Source: Phoronis australis (taxonomy: Eukaryota > Animalia > Phoronida). From it: 64,000 bases of DNA. The stretch lies in the NCBI GenBank assembly GCA_002633005.1, contig NMRA01000163.1, positions 280,071 through 344,070 of the forward strand. The letters run 5' to 3'. The translations under genes and the position numbers were made by a program. The notes beneath the pieces are model-generated. The model saw nothing but the letters and a program-made list of their open reading frames with translations, had not been told where the DNA came from and did not search any database. Shown here piece after piece: positions 43,300 through 54,340 of this stretch; the first letter of the stretch is position 1, and the number at the start of each line of letters is the position of its first letter.

Positions 43300-43815
43300 C
43301 AGAGAATGTGGTTTGTTTGTATTTGTGAGCATGTTGGGAATGCGAAAAGACTTGTAGCTGCACTTTTCTTCAAGATGGCGGTCCTCTATTGCATTTGTTT
43401 ATTGCTGGGTAGTAGCTGAGAGATCAGCTACGATTTCAGGTACCTATCAAGCCAGAATTGCAAAAAAACTACATGTAGTTGATTAAAAGTATTTTTGGGC
43501 CACATTTATCTATGAGAAATTTGCTCTCGGAGTCTAATGTTGTCTTTTGTCGCGAATCAGCAGGGAATTGGGGTGAAAAGGCCGATTTTGTGTTTTTTTT
43601 TTACTCTTTTGTCTAAGCCTACCTTGCTTTTCAGTAGGAGTGAAAGGGTAAAAAATACACGAGGAAATAAAGTTTCTGTCCTCAACCGTAGGGATTGTGT
43701 TGTGAAATGACTCCAAACTTTTCATTCTTTGCTTACAGATTTCGACAGAGTGAAGAAAGGGTGACGAGTCCGTTGACGTGTATTCTAATAGACAAACACC
43801 GGTAAGAATTATTCT
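43300..43815 (-). repeat. Dispersed repeat family B, copy 2
   Basis: Reverse-complement match to 30785-31330. Confidence 0.7.
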
Positions 43816-44537
43816 ATGCCCCCATTGTGCCGCTCCAATAGTCATTTGATGAAGTTTACCTTTTACGCAACTTCCATTCATGAACATCCGTTTTGACAAG
43901 ATTACTGAAGAGCTAATATTTGAAAATTAAGACTAAAATACTTACAAGGGTGACCATGCACCCTCACATGGTGCTTATACACCCGCTATTGCAGCCATCG
44001 AAGCCAAGATATCTATCACTTATCCTAATGAAAAAAGCATGATTAGTAATTGCTGTATTCTGAACATGAGCTACAAAGCGTGTTTAGTTGCGTTTGGGTT
44101 TTTGTGAGGCATAAACACGAAAACACGATGTTTATGATAGACTAACTTCTTTTAGCATCAGGAGCTATCAAAATATGATTTTACTAAAAAGACACGGTCA
44201 CGTGACCCAATTTATAGCAGATATAAAGTCAAAAATCAAGATTTACAGGCTTTCTACTTTACTAAAATTATGTACTTTTAGGGAGGCAAAATCTATAGTT
44301 TTGTACATATTTGGTTAAATACATGTACAAGTCGATAAGGTCCTACATGACCTTAAACGACAGGCGCAGGCGCAAATCGACTGTTTGCGAATTCAGAAGC
44401 AAAGTGGATTCCTCTTTGGCGTCATGGTGCTAAACCGCTGACCCTGCAAAGCAGGTTTGAGCGAGTAGTATTCAACAACACTAAAACTCTGTCGCACTTT
44501 AATGAAACGGAAGTTTAGAAAATTCACAAGAGGTCTG

Positions 44538-44782
44538 GGCCGGTTCCAAGATACTGACCTAAGTTCATTTTTATTTAAGTCTACGATTTGTCTCAACTTA
44601 CAAAGTTTGAAACTTCCACGTCTGGTAAGATATTCAAAATTGAGACAAAGCTTAAGTCAAATTTTTAAGTCAAACTTAGGATCGTTTTCTTGAAAAAAAC
44701 TTGAGACAAATTTAAGTTTTATTTAAAATTGGTTGAAATTTAAGATTTGTCTTGGCTAAGTCAGTTTTCTTGAAGCCGGCCA
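44538..44782 (+). mobile_element. MITE family A copy
   Basis: GGCCGGTTCCAAG...CTTGAAGCCGGCC termini; colinear with 61176-61423. Confidence 0.75.
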
Positions 44783-45254
44783 CTTTTGTCAGACTGGGCT
44801 GGCTGAAATGTATACAAGTACATGCATCATCTAGTTCAATATTCGGCTTAAGACGGACATCTCGGCCTATATTACCACCGATTTGTTTGCATTCATTCCG
44901 TCTAAGAAATCTTGAAGCACTGTTCGGATTTCCTGGTTGTTCTGCTTCTAAGAAAGAAATCAAAGTACAACAAATCAAAACATATTAAATCCAAAGTGTA
45001 GTAAATTGCGAATTTTTATTGCTCTTGTTGTATAACTGACAAAATTATCAGTTTACAAAACTGTGATATCAGACTTATAATTAGCCACACTGGAGAGTTT
45101 GTGGCCATTTTGAACAAGTATCTCTTCTTGTTCTAGTTTCCTGTTTAAATAGCATTTGTTTTTTTTCAATGTTGTTTGCCGGCACGCCATGTAGATATGT
45201 ACATGTTATTAAATTCTAACAAAACTTAAAAAGAAAACCTTTCTAACAACAAAT

Positions 45255-46103
45255 TTACAGCCTTGTTGCCTTAGTGAAATAAACAGCGCTGCCATTAGTG
45301 ACGGCTTTGTCCTCATATTCGAAAATTGGGTTGTTTTCTTTTTCCGCTTGAGATCTCAGTTGAATAAAATTCTTTTGGCCGTACAGTGTAGTAAAATTAT
45401 TAGCCAACGTTGGAACAGTAAAGGCCACTAGAAGCAAGCCACTCATGGCGCACATTGTACCCACAACATATCCCCATGCAGTTTTGGGAGCCATGTCTCC
45501 ATAGCCAACGGTTGTCATGGTAACTACCGCCCACCAACATGACGTAGGAATGTTGGGAAAATTCTGTGGTTCAACGTAATGAATCAGCGAGGAATACAAA
45601 AGCGTCCCTGCTCCAACTAAAATAAAAAAGAGTATGGTTTCCTCAACACCAGCGTGGATTGTCTGAACAAGAAGCTTAAACCCCGAATAATATTTTAGAA
45701 CTCGAAGGATTCGAATAACCTGAAATATCTTGCCTACTTTAATGGCAATTTTCACGTCCCCTGTCGTGAGCGGGACCGCAGACGTAATTATCATGTTGAT
45801 ATAAAACGGGAGTAATGAAACTACGTCGACAAGTGTCGAGAGACTTTTGAGAAATGCACACTTATTCGGGCTGAAAAATAATCTGACGATAAATTCAATT
45901 GAAAGAAGAACGACACAGGTAAGTTCGATGATACCCAACGCTGGCAGAGCCACTTCAAGCTCAGAATCGCCCCTTGTATGGTTGCCACCAGTCGTAGTAT
46001 TCCACCTCTCAACTAAGACAGGCGCCTGCAGCTGCTCGAGAGATTCCAAGATACTCTCAACGACAAGCGTCACCGACACAACTGACACAACGGCAGCGTA
46101 CAA
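45255..46103 (-). CDS. Shaw: Shaw/Kv3-like K+ channel, coding exon 2 (S1-S6, pore)
   Basis: Acceptor ttttCAG|TTG (minus strand). Six hydrophobic segments, S4 KVGKIFQVIRILRVLK, pore WWAVVTMTTVGYGDMAPKT, stop at 45255. Joined product is about 439 aa. Confidence 0.92.
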   Translation of the reverse strand: MYAAVVSVVSVTLVVESILESLEQLQAPVLVERWNTTTGGNHTRGDSELEVALPALGIIELTCVVLLSIEFIVRLFFSPNKCAFLKSLSTLVDVVSLLPFYINMIITSAVPLTTGDVKIAIKVGKIFQVIRILRVLKYYSGFKLLVQTIHAGVEETILFFILVGAGTLLYSSLIHYVEPQNFPNIPTSCWWAVVTMTTVGYGDMAPKTAWGYVVGTMCAMSGLLLVAFTVPTLANNFTTLYGQKNFIQLRSQAEKENNPIFEYEDKAVTNGSAVYFTKATRL

Positions 46104-46334
46104 CTGAAAATGTAAATGACATCCTGTTGTTTGTGTACTGAAATATTCAAGGAACTAATGCAGCACAGTAATACAACTACACGTACTTGAGGAGAAAGAA
46201 CAAATTATGCTGAAGATTTTGGAATGAATTAAACATTGATATTTGCAATTAAAACGTTGACGTTGTCGACAGCCGGTTAAGTGAAAACTCGAAACCTCTG
46301 ATCTTTAGTTAGTTATTTACGTGCATTTTCACAG

Positions 46335-46475
46335 GTATATAGTACATTTAGGAAGGTAAGTTCATGTAGGTAGGTAGATGTACACGTAGATAGGTAGGTA
46401 CATTTAGGTAGGAAGGTACATAGAAGTAGGTAGGTAGGTAGGTAGGAATATTGAGGTACATGTAGATCGGTACAT
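46335..46475. repeat. Degenerate (TAGG)n low-complexity tract
   Basis: Repeated GTAG/TAGG units. Confidence 0.8.
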
Positions 46476-47842
46476 GTAATAAAACTAGTTCTATTAATTG
46501 AAGGTAATAAGGTTTGTTGTATTAGGCCTATCAGGAAACATGCTATTTGTTGAAATGTATACTTGTAAGAAGCACAATTTGCACAGATGCGTTTAATTGC
46601 AGGCCTATTCATGAATGCATCTGTAACAATAATACGATTTAGGATTGTGAATTGGAAAACGTAAACAAACAGATTTTTACCGTCTATGCGTCTATTTACT
46701 TCCATGCGCCATACTTGGAATTAGGCACATGCGCCCATTCTCGAAACACTGGAGTAAAACAAGGAGCAAATTTGTGAACGTCATTGAAGTTTGACGTACA
46801 AAATATTAGATACTGGCGTGCTTTCAATGGCTACAGTCATTCGCTTCCGGATCAGTCGGCCGAGACGTGTGATCGGTCTGACAGAAGCGGTCACCGAGAA
46901 CCAATCAAATGATGTCTTCGTCGGTTGACCCGAGACAGACGACGTTAATCAAGCGCAGTCAATAGGGGAGTTGCAACTGAATCGATTTAACGATTGCGCA
47001 TGTCCGGAAATTAGGGTGCGCAAAGGCTACTGGGATTGTTGATGGTAAACGGGATGGCCGACTGGTCTGCACGACGTGTAATTTGGGTGCGTTAAACTAC
47101 GCTGCTGTCTCTAATTCTGATAACGTGAAGTTCTGAGCTACTAGGTACTGATTCATTGAACGTCGCACGAAGTGGTACTCGCTTATTGCTTGAAAATATC
47201 ATCTGGTGAGGTATGTACACGCATGTAATGCTTAGTCACATTGACTAGAATCAGACTCAAACATTTCCCGCGCTTCTTGTCGTTGACCTACGAAGAGGTT
47301 TACAAGGCGAAATTATCCTACTCATCATGCTAAAACGTGTTATAAATAGCCTGGTTAGGAAATGTTATAAACACAATACAAGATCTTGTACCTCTGGTCC
47401 GGGTGTTGGTAGGTATATCTAATGGTCCGTTCAGTTTAACAATCGTAAACCCTAAACCTAGGATAGCTATGCTTGTACTTGGAATTTTGCTTAAACTCAA
47501 GATTGCATATNGCTCTAAGTGCAGCTTCCTTTTAACATTTATGTTGTATCTGAAGGAAGTGGGTGTGGCACTTTCCACCTGTGTAATGCTTAATAATATA
47601 CCTTTTTCACAGTTTTGATTAATAACAAAGTAATTTTCTGTTGGATAGCGTTATTGTCTGTAGCCCAGGTGATCAATCGAAAATTTGGAAGTGTGAGAAG
47701 CTATCCAACTGAATGTACAGTTGTGTTTTTGATTATTTTTGTGTTAACCAAGGGATGCTACGGAACTATACTGGTTTAACAATCTGCTTAATTTTGATAG
47801 CAAATTCATCAAATGTAATTAAATGATGTTGTGCTCTTTCAG

Positions 47843-48575
47843 ATGTTATCATTACTTCAATGATAAAGACAGGTGCAACAAGATAGTGAATCCCGATGAG
47901 AACCGGCGACCGAAGGGTACAAAAAACAAGGCAAGCACCCTCCATGAGGGAATAAGCAATAATGCTGGATGGACATCAATGTTAGATGTTCTGCCTTCTA
48001 CGTTCACTCATAGCTTCATATATGGTCATCTTGGGGGCAGGACAGAAAAACATCGGCAGAGTGGATTCAGGATGAGTAGGTGTCAAAAAGTAGAGAAGTT
48101 GCTATTAAAACAAGACCACGATAGCGTGCAGTTTAAAGGAGTGGTCAGCGCAAGCTACTCGTCAAAAAAGTACTCCGTAGTTGGTGAAATTCAAGGATGT
48201 GGTGTCGACGCAAAATGCAAGTGCGTTGCTGGAGCAAAGGGTGTTTGCAAGCATGTTGCTGCCCTCTTATTTAGACTACTTGAATGTAAGGAAAGTGGGT
48301 TGGCAACTATTCCTGAGGACATTGCGTGCACATCCCAGGAGCGAGCATGGGGCCTAAAGAAGAGTTGTGTCAAGGTGTCTGAAAATTTTTCAGACTTAGT
48401 ATTTGTCAACTATGTGGATGGAAAGGACTCCGAAAAAACCATAGAAAATTCAAAAAAAAGAAAAGATTACAACTGCCTTGCTCCAAATAAACAGTCCTTA
48501 CCAACAGCTCGACTTCAGGAACTGGGAAGAAATTTGGAGCCATATCAGCCAGTGTGGACGAAGTTGCTAGACCGA
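47843..48575 (+). mobile_element. SWIM zinc-finger exon of a transposon accessory gene (SWIM/YqaJ type), inside the Kv intron
   Basis: Open frame with SWIM motif CKCVAGAKGVCKHVAALL followed by ACTSQERAW. Flanked by acceptor tttcAG (47841-42) and donor GTAAGT (48576). A phase-compatible upstream donor lies at 47211, but that putative exon contains a stop. Confidence 0.75.
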
Positions 48576-49522
48576 GTAAGTGTGTCACCTAACAACTGCT
48601 TGGAGGCATCATTACATAATGCTAAAAAATGTGTTGTTTTACTATTGTTTGGTTATCATTCACTTATTGTCCTTCATATTCTTGTGTTTTGCGTTCTCTT
48701 ACTTGAGGAGGCAGTGTGGCCTAGTTGATAAGTGCCCATTAATCTTTGGAATGAATGAAAATTGCTTACAAACATAAACCTACATATAGAAAGAGATCGT
48801 GTAACTTCTTAATATAGTTTACAAAACAGCCACACGGTTCGCACCCCGGAAGTCAGCCATTTGACCAATGTCAAAAACAAAATCAGAACAGCTGCTCAGC
48901 ATGTTATTGAGCATTTCAAATTTGCATTACTGAATTATATAAGGTCTGTGTTTTACTAAATATGTCATGTGGCATGAAATTATTGTTTGCTTTTTTACTC
49001 ACACCTAGGTTTTACTCATTTCAATTATAGCTACGCCAACGTTGGTCGTACTATTTTCATTTGTTTACGTTCTTGAGGTTTCTTCATTTGCACAACAACA
49101 TTACTGTCCTGACTCGGTGATACCCATATCAAGAAGTTTTTACTAATAAACCCAGTACCCCGACGAAAGTAACGAGTTAGAGCTACGAAGTATATCTCTT
49201 CATTATATTTGTTTTGTTTCTTTGTCTTCTATTGATTCCAGTCACCTTACAATACCCTGTGTGTAGCTTACCAGCGAAGCTTAATTCCCACTACTTTTGG
49301 CACCTACACCTGTTGTCTAACTCAGACGTCATGTTGATAAATATTTCAGGTGAAGTGACTACGTGATTGGTCAGTTTATTATTTGGCATGCATTCTTATT
49401 GCTCTACTGTATTTTACGCGTTTGCCTTTTTGTTCATGTTCCCCCACTATCACTACCAGAAGCTCCTAATACACCAATAAACGGTATCTCGAAACACAAG
49501 CTTCATCGGTCCATTGAAAAAA

Positions 49523-50890
49523 ATGTCTACTACAACATCAGAATTTAAGAGCATTTCATCATGGTATTCGTGAGTGTCCGAATGTTAACTTTTGCATGGA
49601 GATACTTACAGTTATTTGATAGAATCAAAAACAGTTGATGAACAGTCAATGAAAAATTTTAAAAGTCTTGAATCATTGAGTTACTTCCAGAGTGGCTGTG
49701 TTGATAACATGTTATACTATAATTTGGATAAAGACGCTGTGATGCGTGTGTAACGTCAGACCATCTCAGAACGTCAACAATAAGTAAAACTCAGTCTGCA
49801 TAAAAGCATTGCATAGTCACTGTGGTGAAATATTGTCAACTGCAAGTGTGGCCAGTTTAGGACAGATATGCAGCCACATTCAATTGGTGCTGTTCTGCGG
49901 AAAATTGAACGCGCTGTTAGAATGAGAGTGACGGGCGCTGGCTTCACTGACATATCCTCAAACTGGACTAAGGGACAGTACATTGTATGTGGAACATGGA
50001 GCCAAAAGATCTTAATAAAATGGCTTTAAAAACAACACAATATCATTGAAGACGTGCTAGACGGGATCTCAATATGTTTTCATCCCAGCAGGCATTCCAG
50101 GAACATAGTAACAAATCATTCTTGTCTTCTCTAATTCGGTTAAAAGGGACAGTAATTAAAAGTATTGTATAGCAAGTTATTATCCAAGACAATTGCAATA
50201 GAAACACATACGTCCCATGATAGAACACTGGAATGTACATTTTACGACAAATTTGACAATTTGTCAGGTGAAAAATTAGAGCTCTAGCAGCCACTACTGA
50301 GTTCAGCAAACTCACATGTGGAAGGACTCCAGAAAAATCCGGTTAACACGATTGTTGCACATAAAGTTCCTGTGAAAGTAACCACCGACGCCACGAACTT
50401 CTTATGTGAACACTTCCACCCTAGTTTTACAGGCATACATTTTACATAGTATGGTAGTCTGAACGAAGTGAATTCTTTAGACTGCCTCAGAAATTCATTC
50501 ACTCTTTCACACGCTGGGCTCTTAGCCCCTCTTCAGAAAACTGGTTAATAGCAGCAAGCTCAGATGGAATTCTAAATGATTATAATGGAAATAAAATGCC
50601 CAGTTCCAACTTCATGGTCTTCCTTACATGAACTCATATCATCAAATAAATATGATTTTGTGTTCAACAGGGATACTGATATCGTTAAAGTCAACGTTTA
50701 GAGAGGATATTACATGCAATTAACCATGTTTTGTACTGGACTTAAGAAAGCAAAACTAATTTTGTACAGAAATGGCAATGACTTTGTTATCGAAGATGTG
50801 CCATAGTACAGTGAAGGTTATGTTGAGCAAACCGTTGCAGGGTTGCGTACATTTTAATTTCAGAAATTTCTTGAACGGTGGGTGGGTGAA
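49523..50890 (+). pseudogene. Degenerate SWIM + YqaJ-like (lambda-exonuclease/PD-(D/E)xK) gene of a DNA transposon, ISL2EU-like
   Basis: Frameshifted motifs read in order: GDTYSYLIES, MKNFKSLESLSYFQSGCV, SLGQICSHI..GAVLRKIERAVR (SWIM), YGSLNE, WLIAASSDGI, MEIKCP, GYYMQ..MFCTGLKKA (YqaJ motifs). Many stops and frameshifts. Confidence 0.75.
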
Positions 50891-51179
50891 GTTGAGGCTA
50901 GAATTGACTTTGTAAAGCACTTTATAATATTGATTTCACTGCTTGAAGTACTTTTGGATGTTTGTTTTAAGATCATCAACTGTGAACCATATGACACATG
51001 CATGCTTTGCTCCGTACATGTATGCATCAGTAGTATGAATTGCTATTTCTCAAAGTGTATGCCAACTTTCTCAACATGAAACAATACATGTAACCCTGCC
51101 TTGGAATGGGCAATACACATATTCTGTCATTTAAACATTATGGTGTACAAAGCCACACATAGCCTCACACCTACATCAC

Positions 51180-51620
51180 CTCACTACTAAATTCAAAGCA
51201 GTCAGAGATACTCACAATTACAATATTAGAGTGAGTGTTTCCGGCTGCCTGGTACCAGATAAACCTAAAAACAACTGAGGAAAAAGAACTTTTGCCAACA
51301 GAGGTGCTGTTGCTTACCCGGCACGGGTTGGAGACTGCCGTCCACGTCTTCAAACAAAATTACTGAGACTTTATACGTGCCTTGTTTCGGGGCTTTAGGC
51401 TTCAGTTCATCATTATTTCACTATATTTTGTCTAATTTATTCATCTAATTCTACATAAAAGATATTAACTATTTTTTATAATAATTTACTTTTTTAATCT
51501 TTTCAATCTAATTGTACATAGCTGTCAGTAATTATTTCCGACTGGGCCCACTTGAAAATCAGTGTATTCACTGAAGTGATCACCCAGTCTTTTAAAGAAG
51601 TTTAAACAAATAAATAAATA
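51180..51620 (+). mobile_element. LINE (CR1/L2-type) 3' end
   Basis: THNYNIR and GKRTFANRGA resemble the ORF2 C-terminus. The 3' terminal GGGCCCACTTGAAAATCAG..CTGAAGTG..CCCAG is followed by an (AAAT)n tail. Confidence 0.55.
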
Positions 51621-52879
51621 TGGCTCTTCCCAGGATTTCGGCTGCTTCCGTAGTGCAATCTGTCTATATAAGTGAAACCACTTGAATAAAAATCATTTGA
51701 AAAAAAACGCATTACTAGTTCGATCTCCCGAACCTTGGTGTCTAAAATAGGCTTGTTGTTGAAAATTGGGTCTAGCAAATGCTGTCGTAAAATTTCTGGA
51801 CAACCGCTTTACTTCATCGTTTGAAAAAATCGCGGAATTCTAGTATGTGTAATATTTTATGCATGTTGGAGACCATCTACTTCCATTTATTTTTAAATTA
51901 AAGATTAGTGGGTCAACACTGCATACATGTAAGTGTATGTAACAACATTAACGCTACCACGGTAACGGCACAGTTGGACGTGTCCCTGAATCAGTTTTGA
52001 TGGCTACACGTAACTTGCAATGCTCACAGGTGTCAGGTTCACGCGCTGTTAACGTTTGACCTGTGGAAACTGTTTTTTGCACATTACGTTTCTGTACTAA
52101 TCAGCTTTTTTAACATTCCAAATGTTCGTTCTAAACATTTCCTGTGACAGTTTTCCTTTCGTCAACATTTTCAAACGTATTTTCCTATTATTACGGACAC
52201 TGTTCCCGATCTATCTTCATAAGCATTTTTCAATTCCTTTCGTAGAATATTTATTTTACAGGTCTATGATTTATAAGTAATTTGTTGAAGTAATTGAGCT
52301 CTCGTGACGCACAGCACCAACCTATATGTCACCAGCCAATGGATAAATAGCAGGTCCGTAGAATCCAGTGACTTTTTACGTAGTTATAGTGGTGGTGAAG
52401 AACACAGCAATAATAACTTTTACTAGAAGTGATGATGAAAGTATTATTGAAACACAAAACCGTTCACTGCATATCAAATTTGTTTTAATTGATGACCACG
52501 CAGTTACAAAAATCGCTAAAACACAAACAAATACATCAGGCATAGGTCACGGTCAAATTTAAACAGATATAATAAAATAATGCGCATATGAACTTAATAA
52601 AACTTTGAATTTATCATTAACCAAACTCAGTCCTCTGGATTCTTCAAAATACCTTAAACCTCGTCAAAGCGCATGTATGAACAAAATAAACTTAATGGAC
52701 GTTGTTCTCCAGTTACTGAACAATATCCAATCTTCCTTGCATATGGAAAATATTTGATTCACAGTTGTGCGTGTACAACTTCACTTACTTTTACAAGCTA
52801 ACAACATTCGTTAAAAACAACTTTTCGACTGAACTAGCTGAACTTGAGCCTATTGACAAACCCCACAAATTTTAAAGGA

Positions 52880-53280
52880 CAAGCCCTCTCACAATATTTA
52901 GCGATCCATCAAAAGCGTTTGACATCATAGACCATACCACTTCACAACACAAGCGAGGTCACTCCATTAAAATGGTTCATTATTGATCTTCACCCCACAG
53001 AGCCAATGAAACAGGTGTGCCTCGTGACAATGTCCTAACTCGACTATTGTTGTTATTGTTTGTAAATGGTTTACAACTTTAACTCAATCAGTATACATGT
53101 AAGTGTGCGTGTTTATGCTGGCGACACAGACGTACTACACCAATACACATCAAGACAAGTATAGTAATACCACATACTCGACATTTGTTTTTGCAAACTC
53201 TCTCTCTCTTGAACGACTGACTTGTGGTCAACAAACTAACCTTTAACATTTCTAAAATCTAATACATGCTTTTCTGTCAC
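52880..53280 (+). mobile_element. Degenerate LINE (CR1/L2-type) reverse transcriptase fragment
   Basis: Motifs in order: IFSDPSKAFDIIDH (cf. DLSKAFD), KWF, GVPRDNVLTRLLLLLFVNGL (cf. GVPQGSVLGPLLF), VYAGDT (cf. YADDT), NKLTFNISK. Confidence 0.75.
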
Positions 53281-54269
53281 CCACAGAAACACATTACTGA
53301 TGCAAACGTGACAAAATTAATAATTTTAGAAAAAAAATATTATCATATCTTAAGGTCATAGACCCATAGAACGGATTACAACTTTCAATAGAGAGGATAC
53401 ATGAGTATCAATAACTGAACAGAAACAAAAAATGTATTATAGGGACAATTCCGTGGGAAGGTCAACAAAAATTTGTACGTCCGTCACACCCAAGGAATTA
53501 CTTTTATCAGCCAATAAAATTAACCTTTGGTCTTATTTTTACTTTCCAAACTCGCAGAAGATGAAATTTGTCTCACAGTTAAGAACCTAAAACAATTAAA
53601 TATCACAAAGACAGCAATAAAATCAAATACATAAGTTGCTAAGGATTTAAACTAAATGCAATACAGTTTTTCGACTTCAAAAGTATTTGCTGAGAAGTTA
53701 TACTTAACAGTCTGATCTTGATATTCTTAGTAGAATTCAACTTGCTTAAATTAGACAGTTGGACCATATAATATAATGTAAATAAAACAAAATGTTAATT
53801 TAATGAACTTATTGTTTTGGTGTTGCCCCATGTTTGTTTCACATAAAAGACTTCCAAAGGTGCCCTGAGCTTAAATAACAAGAGACCTAAAGGAATACAT
53901 GTCAAGTTAGTGTTCAGCTGGAATCACTATGTTATTTCCACTCTGACCAGCTATGCTGTTTTGTGTTGAAAAAGCCGATGCTGGGCATTTTTAAGTGGTA
54001 CTGTGACCTACTTTATTAAACATTTTTGTCACACTGTCACTCACTGTAGTCACTCTTTTGTCACTCTCAGCGTTTAGAAACGTTTATTGAAGTCCAGGAT
54101 AAGAAAAGATGTGACTGAGAGAGAAACACATGTTTGCCAGAATGTACCAACAAAATTGAAACTTAAACAAACAATTCATATCAAACTCAGTTAAGTTAAA
54201 AATGATTAGAGTTGTGATGAATGAGAATTTTTTGGGCTTAAATTTTGACTGAAGTAACCTACGTTAAAA

Positions 54270-54340
54270 TCTCTCTCTCCCTCCCTCCCTCCCTCCCTCC
54301 CTCCTATTNTACCCCTTCCCTCCCTGTCTCCTTCTCCCCT
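54270..54340. repeat. (CT)n/(CCCT)n pyrimidine tract
   Basis: Visible run. Confidence 0.85.

Noticed and set aside
48576-48728. Hydrophobic C-terminus of the 301-aa SWIM ORF as a membrane anchor
   Set aside because: It lies beyond a strong GTAAGT donor and is T-rich intron-like read-through.
51654-51667. Right TIR for the SWIM/YqaJ element
   Set aside because: Only 9/14 identity to the candidate left end at 46962.
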